From assembly GCA_963765765.1 (NCBI GenBank), contig CAVXYC010000020.1:640001-704000 (forward strand): 64,000 nt of DNA, written 5' to 3'. Each line of letters opens with the position of its first letter. Position 1 is the first letter of the stretch. This document shows positions 20,174-32,093 of this stretch, piece by piece. Source of the DNA: an uncultured Chloroflexia bacterium (GTDB lineage Bacteria > Chloroflexota > UBA6077 > JACCZL01). Below the pieces are notes generated by a model. It was not told the origin of the DNA and made no database searches. It was given only the letters and a program-made list of their open reading frames with translations. The position numbers were made by a program, and so were the translations under genes.

Positions 20174-23100
20174 TTACCCCCTCGAGGACCCTACACGTTC
20201 TCGTGTCACCGGTCTTGCGGGCTCGACATATCGTGCTGGTGGAGGCGCGGACGGCTTGGGCTTGCGCGGTTTGAACGGCCGCCAGCGCATCAGCCGCATG
20301 ATCAGCGACTGGAAGTCATCGAAATACGTATACATGCATGGGACCACGAGCAGGCTCAAGAATGTTGAGCTCAGCATGCCGCCAATGATGACCGTGGCCA
20401 TGCCGACGTAGATCTCTGAGCCCTCTTCGAGCTTGAGTGCCAGGGGCATCATGCCGAAGACGAGCGCCATTGTGGTCATGAGAATGGGTCGAAGCCGTGC
20501 GCCGCCGGCCTGTCGCAACGCTTCGTTTCGCGGAAGCCCGGACCGCCGCAATGAGTTGGTGTAGTCCACCAGCAAGATGCCGTTCTTCCCAACAAGTCCC
20601 ATGAGCACGACTACACCGATCATGGAGAGCAGGTTCAGCGTATTCCCGGTAACGGCCAAGGCCACGAACGCTCCAATGATGGCAAGGGGGAGCGCAAACA
20701 TGGTGGCGAACGGCAGGATCATGCTCTCATAGAGGGCCGCCAGGAGCATGTACTCCAGAACAACTGAAAGTCCCAGCGCCAGGAGCATGTTGGTAAACGC
20801 CTTGGCCTGGTCAGCCGCCTGCCCGCCAAACTGGACGTTGTAGCCGGTTGGGATCTCCCCGTTGGCTTTCATCGCATCGATCCCCTGCTGCACGGGTCCG
20901 GTCACTGCGCCAAGAGGCGTGTTGCCGACGAGCCCGGAGCCGATGGTAACGACAGTCTGGCGGTTTCGTCGGTCAACAGTCGCCGGCCCTGCAACCTGCT
21001 CGGCGCGCGTGATTTGACTGAGCATAGTAGTCACCTGTTGCCCACCGCGCACCACCGGCCACCGGGATGTTGCCAATATCAGTGACGCTGGCCCGCGACG
21101 CCTCGTCAGCTATCAAACGCACATCCACTTCAGGCACGTTCTCGGGCCGAAGCTCGGTGACCACCTGGCCCTCGACAGACGTCCGTAGGGCAAGGGCAAC
21201 CTGCTGGGCAGTCACTCCGAAATCTGACATTCTGTCGCGATCGGGCATAAGCCGCGTCTCTGGGTTCGCGCGAGAGGCGCTGTTGGTCACGTCGCGAGTA
21301 TTGGGAACAGCCCGAACCATTTGTTCAACGCGACTGGCCAGGGCCTCGACCTGCAGCGGGTCTTCGCCCGTCACCAGCACCTGAACCGGCGTGGTGCCAC
21401 CCGCGCCGCCCGAGACCGAAGCCCGAATCGTCGCATCAGGAATATCACGTGTCTGCGCGGAGATCTCGTCCGCTATCTCTGACACGCTCCGCTTGCGCTG
21501 ATGCAGATCTTCGAGCACTACCTGAATTCGTCCAAAGCGACCATTCCGACTGGATAGACCGTTTGAGTTGACACCCCCGGTGCCGGACGTCGCCAGGTAG
21601 TAGTGGATCTCCGGAATGACGGCTAGCCGCTCCTCGACAGCGCGGATTGTTTGCTCCGTCGCCTCGAGAGAAGAGCCCGGTGGGGTCTCGATGGTCACGG
21701 TCAGAAGGCCATTGTCAGATTGCGGAATAAATTCACCCTTGACGTACCCGAGAGGAATAAGCGCGCACGCAAAGATGAGTAGACCCAGTGCCACGAGCGG
21801 CGCCGCCCAGCGATGGCGCAGCGCCCAGCCGAGAGTACGCTCGTAGCGACTCCGAAACCGCTCGATGAAGCGCTCAAATCCGCGGCTCGCGCGTTGCCAC
21901 CAGCCTTCATGATCTTCATCTCCCGCTTCCTTCAGCCAGCGAGAGGCAAGCAACGGCGTCAACGTAAATGAGATGAAGAGGGAGAGCAGTGTGGCAGCGG
22001 CAATCACGATGCCGAACTGGCGGAAGAAGCTCCCAATGGTGCCCGACATGAACGCGACGGGCGTAAAGACTACGACGTCCACGAGCGTGATGGCGATGGC
22101 CGCGAGGCCGATCTCACTTCTCCCTAGAATGGCGGCTTCTCTGGGCGTGGATCCCCGCTCCAGGTGCCGGAATATATTCTCGAGCACCACGATGGAATCA
22201 TCGACAAGCACGCCAACGACGAGCACCAGGGCCATGCTGGACATGATGTTCAACGTGAATCCGAGAATGTCCATCACGAGGAACGTTGCAATTAACGAGG
22301 TCGGAATAGCGAAGAGCACGATTGCCGTGCTGCGGAAGGTGTGCAGGAAGACCAGTAGGACTAGCCCCGTCAGCATGACCGCTTCCATCAAGCTCCGTTG
22401 AACGCCGTTGAGCGAGCTTCTTGTGAACGTGGACGTATCCGTGATGATCGAGATCTGCGATCCCGCCGGCAGAACCGAATTGAGTCGGGTGATTTCCGTT
22501 CGCACCGCGTCGACAGTGCGAATCTCATTCGCTCCGGACTGCTTCGTCACGGTCAAACCTATCGAGGGCTGCCCGTTCAGATATGACCTGGTGGTCGTGC
22601 GCTTATAGGTGTCAACGACCGTGGCAAGATCACCGAGCTGAGGTGATGCTTGCGATCCGGGAATCGTGACCTTGCGCATCTCGTCAACCGACTGAAACAG
22701 TCCCTGCAGGCGCAGCGAAGTCTGCTGGCGGCCACGCTCTAGCGTACCGCCGGGCATACCCATGTTCTCGCGGGTCAGTGCGCTCGACACCTGATCCAGC
22801 GTCACACCATATGCGCGTAATCGATCGGGGTTGACCTGGACCTGAATTTCGCGTTCGAGCCCACCAGTGATATCGACTGAGCCGACGCCGTTCTGAGTCT
22901 CGAGACTGGGCTGAATCCGCTCATCGGCTATTCGATACAGCTCATTGAGAGGCAACGGTCCGGTAAATGCCAGTCCCAACACAGGAAGCTGAGTCGGGTC
23001 GAGCTTTAGAACGGTGGGAGACTCAGCGTCCTGCGGCAACGTTGCCCGCACGGCACTGATTCGCCGCTCTACGTCCGTTGCGGCCACATTAATGTCCGCC

Positions 23101-23393
23101 GCGTCCGTGAAGGTAATCGTTACCTGGGAGGTGCCTTCGCCCGAAGATGAGGAGATCACATCAACGTTTGCAATGCCTGCGACCGCGTCCTCAATTGGTT
23201 CGGTGACAAGCCGCTGGACATCTTCGGGCGCCGCGCCAGCATACGTCGTAAGCACCGTGACCACGGGCGTGTTGATGTTTGGGTACAGCTCAGCGTTCAA
23301 CCGAAAGAATGAGACGCCACCCAGAAGCACCATGGCCATGATGACCATGAGCATGAAAACGGGACGCGAGATCGCAACCCTGGTAAGACCCAT
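20174..23393 (-). CDS. RND efflux permease, AcrB/SwrC family (frameshift near 21060)
   Basis: ISRPVF, VTEPIED, GVLVDDSIVVLENI, LVGKNGILLVD, RLRPILMTT. Confidence 0.92.
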
Positions 23394-23544
23394 TAAGAAA
23401 GCCTCACTAGGTTAGTCCGAATCGAAGCGAAGCTTCGAATGGCGTTCAGATCACGTGGAAATCGGGCTCCGGCGGCAGAGAGACGTGCACGCCGGGTGGG
23501 GAAAAGTGGCACAAAAATCGGTCTATTTCACTAGCGTCGTATTG

Positions 23545-23567
23545 TTTGAGTATATCAAAGTATTTGA
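23545..23567. promoter_or_regulatory. Putative operator (TTTGA-N5-TCAAA-N3-TTTGA) in the divergent RND / L,D-transpeptidase intergenic region
   Basis: Overlapping inverted half-sites in an AT-rich patch that includes TATACT on the minus strand. Confidence 0.4.
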
Positions 23568-23756
23568 CCCGTGGCGGTGCCACAATTGAGTCACGTGCCG
23601 CCGCCCGCTGGCTGCCACAGGGCACCATTCCCGAAGCACAACGCACCTCGGGGAAGTCATATTCCCCTCCTTCTTCCTCACTCTGATCCAATTGAGACTC
23701 GAATGTTTCGGCTCTCACACCAGTGGTGTCTTTTCCGTCGATAGAATTAATTCGCC

Positions 23757-24993
23757 ATGTCGATAAATACGTGCAAACCGTTCGCAAGCAAGCTGACCGT
23801 TTGGCTACTCGTTGCAATGCTCTCAACCCTCGCATTGCCTTCGCAGGCCCACGCTAGCCGTTTTGGGCCTCCCTGGCTGGCCCAAGTCATTGTCGATCAA
23901 GCCATAGTGCGGTCCGAGCCACGAGCAGACGCCGACCATATCGGTCCGGTCCACCGTGGCAGTCGGCACATCGTTCTCGAGCACTCCAAAGCTGAAAACG
24001 GGGTGCAGTGGATGCGCATCGAACAGGGTTGGCTGAACCTTGATGATATCGACGAGGTGCGCGAGCCCTGGGTTGCGGAGGTCGTAGCCCCAAGTGTGTC
24101 CGTATTCGCTCTTCCGAACGCGGGCAGTGCGATTCGACGATCGGCAGAGCAAGGCTCGCTTCTACGCGTGGCCGGACTTTCACCCGGACTGGACGGCGAA
24201 ACGAACATCTGGTGGGCAACAACTGAAGGTTATGTCACCCTAAACGGTCTCGCCCCATCCGAGAGTGAATGGCGAGAGTCCTGGTTGCTTCCCGTAGCGG
24301 CGGACGCACCGGGTGGCTGGTGGGGTGCAATTCAATCCGATGCCAATGTCCGCGCTGCGCCAGCCGGAACAGCACCGCTTCTGGGTCAACTGCACCCGGG
24401 TGATCGAGTCAAGATCCTGGCGGAAGAGGAGGGCAATCTCGCTGATGGCAGCCGCGTCTGGTACCGAATCGATGGCGGCCGGTTCGACCGGAGGCCACAT
24501 CCATTCCTCGTTTATCAACCGAATCCCTGATCCAACGCCCAACACGACCCTCCCGGAGGGTGCATCCGGCGGCGGTACCTGGATTGTGGTGGACCGCAAT
24601 GCGACATCACTCACGGTGGTAACCGATGGCGACGTTCAATTTGTCACCTACGTCAGCCTCGGACGAGCAGGGGTGGAGACTCCAGTCGGTCAGTATTCGA
24701 CGTTCGGAAAGTACATTACCGACGACATGACCAGCACTAGCGTGCCTGACGCCGACCACTCGTACGACCTTCCGAACGTACCCTTTACCCAGTACTACCG
24801 CTCCGGCGGCTACGCAATTCACTCTGCTTACTGGCACGATCGTTTTGGAAGTACTGAGAGCCAGGGCTGCGTCAATGTCACCTGGGCCGATGGAGCCTAC
24901 CTTTTTGACTTGACGTCACCTTATGTGGTGCCCGGCAATTCCGTGCGCTGGACTGAGCCAGATCAATCGACGCCGCTCCTGATTGTTGGTTGA
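23757..24993 (+). CDS. Secreted SH3-repeat L,D-transpeptidase (YkuD) protein (frameshift near 24490)
   Basis: Signal peptide, SH3b-like repeats (ANVRAAP, WYRI), ETPVG, YAIHSAYWH..FG...SQGCVN catalytic motif. Confidence 0.85.
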
Positions 24994-25090
24994 GGACGGG
25001 CTGCGGTTGGCCGGTGGCGCGGGTCCTGCAATGGCCGCTCTGCTAGCTTGGGCCCGTACACAGAATCACCCACTTGGGAGTATTGAAACG

Positions 25091-25630
25091 ATGAAGCGAT
25101 TATTGTCCTTAGCGATTGTGGCAGCTGGTTTGCTGGCTCTCCAGACACAGACGCAACTGAGTGCTGCGCAGGGCGACAAGCCTCTCGCCGCCGTCGCAAT
25201 GCGCGATCAGTCCGGTGCGCTGGTTGGATCAGTGACCTTCACTCAGGAAGATCATTCCGTTCAGGTCAAGGCGGACGTCTGGAGCATGACTCCCGGATTT
25301 CACGCCTTCCACGTTCACACCGTCGGTGCCTGCGAAGGCGACTTTACGAGCGCGGGCGGGCATTTCAATCGCGCTGGGGCAATTCATGCCGGCCATGACG
25401 GCGACATGTCTGCCCTTTATGTTCGAGGTGATGGCACGGGAACGCTCCGTTTCGAGACTGACCGCTTCAGTGTCGGAGCTCTCTTCGACGCCGACGGCTC
25501 GGCAGTCATTGTTCATGCGCTGCCCGACAACTTCGGCAACATTCCAACACGGTACGCTCCTGAGCCTGACGCCATGACCTTGAACACGGGCGACTCCGGC
25601 GGTCGAGTGGCCTGCGGGGTTGTGGAGTAA
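25091..25630 (+). CDS. sodC: Cu/Zn superoxide dismutase, exported
   Basis: GFHAFHVH, SAGGHFN, HDGD, IVHA, GDSGGRVACG; signal peptide. Confidence 0.9.
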   Translation: MKRLLSLAIVAAGLLALQTQTQLSAAQGDKPLAAVAMRDQSGALVGSVTFTQEDHSVQVKADVWSMTPGFHAFHVHTVGACEGDFTSAGGHFNRAGAIHAGHDGDMSALYVRGDGTGTLRFETDRFSVGALFDADGSAVIVHALPDNFGNIPTRYAPEPDAMTLNTGDSGGRVACGVVE

Positions 25631-25651
25631 TTTCCGGGAATCCGCACGCAC

Positions 25652-26640
25652 CTAGTGGGCGCTTCATAGGGCTCCGTAGAGTGTGACAGGAATGGGACGC
25701 GGCGGGGCGGTCGGCGTGGTGGTGCCCGCCGGTACGCTGGGACGGCGATGGAACGCACGTCCATGCCCCCGCTCGCGCCGGGAGTCCGCGACCGCCTGGA
25801 AGACTACGCGCGCGGGTTCCGCCCCCACTTCCAGCGAATCGACCAGAGCCTGCATGCCCGCGAGTACCTGCACGGGCTGCTCCTGGACGGCGCGCGCAAG
25901 TCGGTCGAGCCGATGGCGCGCCGCCTGGGGGTCGACGATCAGGCGCTGCAGCAGTTCGTCAATCAGAGCCCCTGGGACCAGGCGGCCGTCTGCGCGCCTA
26001 TCGTCGGCGGATGGCCGACGCTTTCGCCGAGCTCGGCGGCACCATCGTCATCGACGATACCAGCATCCCGAAGACGGGCCGCCACTCGGTCGGCGTCGCG
26101 TCCCAATGGTGCGGACTGCGCCAGAAGCGCACCAATTGCCAGGTGGCGGTCTCCTTGCACTATCGCACCGCCACCGCCGACTACCCCTGGCGCTGCGGCT
26201 GTACCTGCCGGAGTCGTGGACCCGCGATCCCGATCGGCTCACAACGGTCGGGGTCCCGAGGACGAGCGGGACCTCGTCGAAGTGGCGGATCGCTCTGGAC
26301 CTGCTGGATACGGTGCTGGCCGAGGATCTGCCCGCCGGGCTCATCGTGGCGGATGGCGCCTATGGCGAGTGTGGCGCCTTCCGCCAGGGCCTGGAGGACC
26401 GCGGCTGCGGTACATTGTCGGCCTGATGGGCACCGAGAAGGTGACCACCGCGCCCCCGTCTGGGTCCCCGCGGCCCGGCCGTGCCTCGTGGGCCGATCTG
26501 GAACCAGCCGGGTCCCCGCCGGTGGCGGTGCGCGACCTGGCCGCGACGGTGCGCGCCGAGGCCGTCACCTGGACCACCGTCACGGCCCGCGCACCGGTCA
26601 CTTCGCGGCGGTGCGGGTGTGGCGATCCCCGGGTACATCA
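25652..26640 (+). mobile_element. IS701-family transposase, frameshifted and 3'-truncated
   Basis: YLHGLLLDGARKSVEPMA, LQQFVNQSPWD, IDDTSIPKTGRHSVGVA.Q, NCQVAV, RLYLPESW, VADGAYG; very high GC; CTAG at the presumed left end (25652). Confidence 0.85.
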
Positions 26641-26692
26641 ATGGCGTGCCGCTCGCGGATCTCGACCGGGGAACGGTCGGGCAGGCCTGCTG

Positions 26693-26840
26693 GCTTCAGC
26701 GCTTTTTGGGCGATCGATGGGAGCGAGCGGAGCGATGCGCCACGCGATTGCAATGAGTGATTCGAGATCGGGATGGACATCTCCGAACGCCGCTGAGCTC
26801 GCTCCCCGCGGTCGCGAAAAAGCGCTGAAGCATTCACTAC
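26693..26840. repeat. REPIN-like inverted repeat (GTAG-type REP)
   Basis: GCTTCAGCGCTTTTT (26693) / AAAAAGCGCTGAAGC (to 26831), with ~40-bp imperfect arms; the right arm reads GTAGTGAATGCTTCAGCGCT on the minus strand. Confidence 0.6.
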
Positions 26841-26856
26841 AAGCCTGAGGCGTTTC

Positions 26857-27606
26857 TTAATCCACCAGCGCTCCGCACGAAATATTGACTTCAGTCGAAG
26901 TCATCGTCCGCGCATGATCAGATGCCAGGAATGCCGCGACATTTCCAACGTCTTCTAACGTGGCAGCGCGCTTCAGAAGGGTTCCGTCCAGGATGGAAGC
27001 CATGATGTCGTCCGCCCCAGGAAAGTTCTTCGGCATCGTTTCGGGCACCCCGCCGGTCTTCATACTGACGACGCGGATACCGTGCGGCCCCAGCTCAGAA
27101 GCCCACTGACGGCGAAGGCCTTCTACGGCATCGAGTGCAATCTTGAACCCGCCTAGCCCCGGAAAGGTCTGAGGCCCTGAGCCCCCGAAGGTCAAGATCA
27201 CGCCACTCCCCTGCGGGATCATGTGCCGCGCCGCGGCGCTCGTCGTAAGAAATTGGGTTCTGGTGGCAGTAACGATTGGCTGTTGGAACTCATCCAACGT
27301 GATCTCAGTGAGCGGCTTCTGGACGTCGCGGTAGTCGATCACATTGAACGAGATATCTAGCTTCCCGGTTCGAGCGATCACGTCGTCGACAAACGCGTTG
27401 ACCTGACTCTCTTCAAGTGCGTCTACCACGGATGTATCGGCGACTCCGCCGTTCGAGCGGACGTCGGCCGCAACGTCTTCAAGCGATGATGCCGTGCGGC
27501 CCGCCAGAAAGACTCTTGCGCCCTCACGGGCGAATGCTCGCGCCGCGGCTCCGCCAATGTTTCCGCCACCGCCATAAATGACGGCCACTTTGTTTTCGAG
27601 CAGCAC
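26857..27606 (-). CDS. Short-chain dehydrogenase/reductase
   Basis: VAVIYGGGGNIG, GKLDISFN, ELGPHGIRV, AFLASD; the YxxxK position reads FKIAL (atypical). Confidence 0.85.
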   Translation of the reverse strand: MLLENKVAVIYGGGGNIGGAAARAFAREGARVFLAGRTASSLEDVAADVRSNGGVADTSVVDALEESQVNAFVDDVIARTGKLDISFNVIDYRDVQKPLTEITLDEFQQPIVTATRTQFLTTSAAARHMIPQGSGVILTFGGSGPQTFPGLGGFKIALDAVEGLRRQWASELGPHGIRVVSMKTGGVPETMPKNFPGADDIMASILDGTLLKRAATLEDVGNVAAFLASDHARTMTSTEVNISCGALVD

Positions 27607-27676
27607 GTTTCGTTACCCCCGACCCACCGGAGTTACCCATACATACGGCCGCGAAATGTACGCCGCGCTGGAACGG

Positions 27677-28343
27677 TCAGGCGGAAGGCGGCTGGTAGAC
27701 GACCACCGCAAGCGGCTTGCAACTGAAGTCGTTCACTGGCGTTAAGTCGTCCGGACATGCCGAAATCGCCACGAGCACATCGCGCTCGGCACGCACGTCG
27801 ACATAGTCGCCGGGCTCGGAGAACGGAGCCCCCATGCTCTTGCTTCCGTCTTTGCCGCCTCCACCCATGTTCATAAAGAAATTCAGGCAGCCGCCATCGC
27901 GAATCTCCTCGCGGCCGATGCCGAATGGGGCCAATGCGGCAGCAAAATTATCCCGGCACCCCTTCAGGCCCCATTCGCCAGTCCAGAAATGCCGAAGCTC
28001 CTTCACTGCAAAAGGCACCGCCCCACCAGTGCTGACCCACCGTGTCAGCAGCTATTGTGGCGATGGGCGCGCAATCCAGATCGTAGAGAACGTCTCCCGT
28101 CGTGAGCTGCTGCTTGAAGTTCATTGAAAGGCTGTAGCGCACGGAGACCTGTTTTCGGAAATCGCGCCGATCGTAGATAAGCACATCGGGAACTTGTTTC
28201 CCTTCAATATCCACAATCCGGATCACTTGACCTTTCGCGAGCTCGAAGGCGCCTGATCCCTTCGCGGGGACCACCTGAAGCTGAATGACGCGGCCCGAGA
28301 TGGGATCCTTGCCCGTCATGGACACCTGCTGATTGGCTGCCAT
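27677..28343 (-). CDS. Urea carboxylase-associated family protein (DUF1989; frameshift near 28010)
   Basis: GQVIRIVDIEGKQVPD, GCRDNF, LNFFMN, SEPGDYVDVRAERDVLVAISACP. Confidence 0.8.
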
Positions 28344-28489
28344 ACTGCCTCCGATTGGCGCGCAGTATAGCGCAGACATGACGAAGGGCAGACCGCCAGC
28401 TTAACGCTGATTGCTCTCAGGCAGCATTGCGGAGTCGATGCTGTGAACACTGCCATCGACTTTGAATATATCGGCTCGACCTCCGCTTA

Positions 28490-29185
28490 CTAGTCGACAG
28501 ACTCCGATGAGCGCGGCGCCGGGGTGCTCTCCACTCGTTTCCCGCCGAGCTTGGATCGCACGAACGCGTGGAGGTGGGTCCGATTGTCTTTATAGATGTG
28601 GATTGCCGGCGGCAACGCGGACACGATGATGATGACCAGCACAATCGGAATCAGGAACTTGTCCACGTCCGGAATCACGCTGCCAAGGAAGTAGCCCGCG
28701 ATTGTCAGTCCGAGGGCCCAGCCAAGGCCGCCAAGGACGTTCCAGAACAGAAACTTCCGGTAGCTCATTTGCGCCATGCCAGCCACGATCGGAACGAAGG
28801 TGCGCACAGCGGGGAGGAACCTGGCCAGCACTATCGCTTTGCCGCCGTGCTTTTCATAGAACTCGTGCGCGGAAATCAGGTGTTTCTTGTGGAACCAAAG
28901 AGAATCCTCGCGAGTGAAAAGCTTGCGGCCGTAGCGCTCACCAAACCAATAGCCCACGCTGTCGCCAGTTATCGCGGCGATCGGCCAGAGCACGAGCATC
29001 AGCGGCAGACTAAGCACCTCCTGCGATGCCAGAAGGCCGAGTGTGAATAGCAGGCTGTCACCGGGGAGGAAAAATCCAAAGAAAAGCCCCGATTCCGCGA
29101 AGAGAACAAAGAATACGGCGAGATAGACGAGCGGGCCGATCGAGGCAACGACCGACCTCAGCAGCTCAGCGAGGTCGAAATGCAC
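28490..29185 (-). CDS. dedA: DedA family membrane protein
   Basis: FAESGLFFGFFLPGDSLLF, GDSVGYWFG, LARFLPAVRTF. Confidence 0.9.
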   Translation of the reverse strand: MHFDLAELLRSVVASIGPLVYLAVFFVLFAESGLFFGFFLPGDSLLFTLGLLASQEVLSLPLMLVLWPIAAITGDSVGYWFGERYGRKLFTREDSLWFHKKHLISAHEFYEKHGGKAIVLARFLPAVRTFVPIVAGMAQMSYRKFLFWNVLGGLGWALGLTIAGYFLGSVIPDVDKFLIPIVLVIIIVSALPPAIHIYKDNRTHLHAFVRSKLGGKRVESTPAPRSSESVD

Positions 29186-29228
29186 GAGGTTGGGCTCCTT
29201 TGCGAGCTAAGCGCGGTATTGTACCTGT

Positions 29229-30617
29229 TCAAGCGGCCGCGCGCCGAAGTACGGCAAGATCTGTCACCGTTCCCAGTCGTTCCAACGACAGCACCTGGTC
29301 TACGGTCTCACGCGCCTCATCGCGAGGAAGTCCCGCCCAGTTCGCGCAGCCCATGTACTTCTCGATGAGCTCATCGTCCGACATGGGGTTCGTCGGACTG
29401 CCCTTTCCGAAGTCGGCAAACCCTGAGATCACACGCCCGTCAGTCAGCTTGACGTCGATGATGGTCCGCATCTTGTCATAGCCAGCGGCCTCGGCATCTG
29501 GATGCACGCCGAAATCGATCTTTTCGATCATGGCCTTCACGTCCGGGCGATTTACCACTTCGTCGGTGAACTCTGCCAGTCCAGCTCGCCGCTCAAGCAA
29601 CAGTATGGCCATGCAAAATTCCATGCTGAACTTCGCTTGCAGCTCGGTCGTTGGGCGATGATGAATCAGCGCATTGGGCATGTTCTGATTGGTTCCTACC
29701 GAGACACTCACGACCTGGTCTGGTCTTATGTCGTTCTGGCGAATCAGATCCAGCATCAGCCCCATGCCCGGATGGGTGAGCGAGCCGGACGGATGCGGTT
29801 TGATCGACACCCCTGGATCAGCGAATGTCCACGGCTCGCCAAGCTTTCCATCTATAAGCTCGGCTTCGTAACCACCGGCCGCCGCCTTGAAGAATCCTCG
29901 ACCGGCCTCGAGCACGATCGGAGTGGCCGTGAGACCTCGCAAGGCCAGGTCTGACGCGACTACGCCATTCTCCGCGGCGCGCCCCGCGTGAAACGGCTTC
30001 ATCATGGTGCCGAAATTTTCGCGAAGACCGCTGGACTGGCTGGCAGCGATACCCATGGTCGTGCAAGCCGCGTCAACATCGCCGCCAAGAAGTCGAATGC
30101 AGGCCATCGCGGCCCCAAGCGCGCCCATGGTTCCCGTTGAATGAAAGCCATCCTGATAGTGCCGAGGGTAGATCGCTTCGGCGATCTTGCACTCGACCTC
30201 CACGCCAATCTGATACGCCAGCAACAAGTCTGCGCCTGAAAGCGCTCGACGCTCGGCAATTGCAAGCGCCGCGGGAAGGACCGGAGCGGTGGGATGCGTC
30301 AGTAATCCATAGACGCGGTCGGGAGCGGTGGCAAGCTGCGTATCGTCGTAATCGTCAGCGTGTATGGATACTCCATTAAGGAATGCCGCGAAGCGAGCAG
30401 GCGCTTTCTGTCCGGATCCGATGACCGTGGCATCGCCGCGCCCACCGAGCTCATCGACGTGTGCACGCAAAATCTCACTTCCGTGACTGCGCGATCCGGC
30501 GAGGGCCAGACCAAGCCCGTCCAGAATCGAGCGCTTTCCCAGATGCAGGACATCCGCCGGGATGTCGGCCAGGGTGACCGAGGTGGCGAACTCCGCGACG
30601 TATCGAGTGAGACTCAC
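29229..30617 (-). CDS. MmgE/PrpD family protein
   Basis: ILDGLG, HADDYDD, HPTAPV, GFHSTG, KPFHAG, AKFS. Confidence 0.88.
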   Translation of the reverse strand: MSLTRYVAEFATSVTLADIPADVLHLGKRSILDGLGLALAGSRSHGSEILRAHVDELGGRGDATVIGSGQKAPARFAAFLNGVSIHADDYDDTQLATAPDRVYGLLTHPTAPVLPAALAIAERRALSGADLLLAYQIGVEVECKIAEAIYPRHYQDGFHSTGTMGALGAAMACIRLLGGDVDAACTTMGIAASQSSGLRENFGTMMKPFHAGRAAENGVVASDLALRGLTATPIVLEAGRGFFKAAAGGYEAELIDGKLGEPWTFADPGVSIKPHPSGSLTHPGMGLMLDLIRQNDIRPDQVVSVSVGTNQNMPNALIHHRPTTELQAKFSMEFCMAILLLERRAGLAEFTDEVVNRPDVKAMIEKIDFGVHPDAEAAGYDKMRTIIDVKLTDGRVISGFADFGKGSPTNPMSDDELIEKYMGCANWAGLPRDEARETVDQVLSLERLGTVTDLAVLRRAAA

Positions 30618-30647
30618 GTGCATGCTCCAATGAATGGTGAATGTCTG

Positions 30648-30678
30648 GACCAAATGCTAAATGATCGACCAAATGCTA
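30648..30678. promoter_or_regulatory. Direct repeat GACCAAATGCTA x2 (putative operator)
   Basis: Exact 12-bp copies at 30648 and 30667, between divergent prpD-like and citrate synthase genes. Confidence 0.45.
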
Positions 30679-30866
30679 GCGGATGCGCTAGATGAGAGCT
30701 ACTCGTGATTAGTCAGACTCAAGGGGCCTCGCCGTTTGGAGTGCCGGTGGCTGCGCCAGTCCTCGTGGCTACGCCGCCTGAATAGCGGAAATCGCAGCCT
30801 TCCGGTACTATCACGGTGATTGCGCCCCGCTCTTTCTGCGATCAATTTGACTCTGGAGGTGCACCG

Positions 30867-32040
30867 GTGACTGTTCCGGGCAAAGGCGGCCTGGAGGATG
30901 TCGTCGTCACGACGTCCGCCATCTGCGACATCGACGGCGTTGTTGGCGATGGGAAAGTCGCCAAGCTCTGGTACCGCGGCTACGACGTAAACGATCTGAT
31001 CTCGAACAACGTCAATTACGAGGCCGTTTCTTACCTATTACGCTATGGTGAGCTGCCGACTAAAGCGGAGCTCGCATCCTACACTGATCGCCTCGTGAAA
31101 GCGCGTGAGCTTGCCGGGCCCGTTATCGACATCCTCAAAGGATTGCCCAAGGGGACGCACCCACTGGTTGCTTACCGGACGGCGATGTCCGCATCCGCCG
31201 CGTACGACACCGACGCGGAATCGATGGAGAAAGAAGCGAACGAGCGCAAGGGCGATCGTGTGATTGCCGGTACTGCCACAATGGTCGCCGCATGGCGCCG
31301 CATCCGTGAAGGTAAGGACGTCGTCGCACCTCGAGCCGAGCTTTCACATGCCGCCAACTTTATGTACATGATGACTGGCGAGGAGCCATCGGCTCAGGTC
31401 ACGAAGACGATGGACGTTGCGCTGCTGCTCCACGCGGAACACGAGTTCAACGCGTCAACCTTCGCCGCGCGCGTTGCTACCGCGACCGAGGCCGACATGC
31501 ATTCGGCAGTCGTGACGGCTATCGGCGTACTGAAGGGGCCCAAGCACGGCGGGGCAAACGAAGACGTCGTGGACATGCTGGACGAGATTGGTACGGCGGC
31601 CAATGCCGAACCATGGGTGAAGGCGAAACTGGAGTATCGGAAGACACTCCCGCCGTCGGAGCGTCAGTCCATCCGAGCACGCATCCCGGGTTTCGGCCAT
31701 CGAGTCTATCGGATCACCGACCCACGGTCTGTACATTTACGCGCTGAGGGCGCTCGCCTGGCCGAGGAGAAGGGGCTGAGCGATCGATTCCAGATTCTGG
31801 AGATCGTCCGCGGTATTGTGGAGAAGGAGCTCGGCTTGCCCGGTCAACGTCGACTACTATTCGGCGGGCGTGTACGGTGCGCTCGGCATCCCAACAGAGT
31901 TCGCGACATCCATTTTCGCGGTGGCGCGCACATCTGGCTGGGTTGCACACATCTCCGAGCAGCTCGCCAACAATCGACTCATCCGACCGCGCTCAGATTA
32001 CATCGGCTATGCCCCACGAGCAGCGCACGCGATTCAATAG
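30867..32040 (+). CDS. Citrate / 2-methylcitrate synthase (frameshift near 31840)
   Basis: [51 protein letters not shown]. Confidence 0.9.
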
Positions 32041-32055
32041 GAAGAGCGTTTCACT

Positions 32056-32093
32056 AAAAATCGGTCAGATCGTTAACGATCTGACCGATTTTT
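32056..32093. terminator. 38-bp perfect palindrome, probable bidirectional terminator
   Basis: AAAAATCGGTCAGATCGTT|AACGATCTGACCGATTTTT directly after the citrate synthase stop. Confidence 0.7.

Noticed and set aside
28344-28490. Guanidine riboswitch expected upstream of a DUF1989 gene
   Set aside because: No ACGR twin hairpins or ykkC-like features seen; only a simple GTCGATG/CATCGAC hairpin after dedA.
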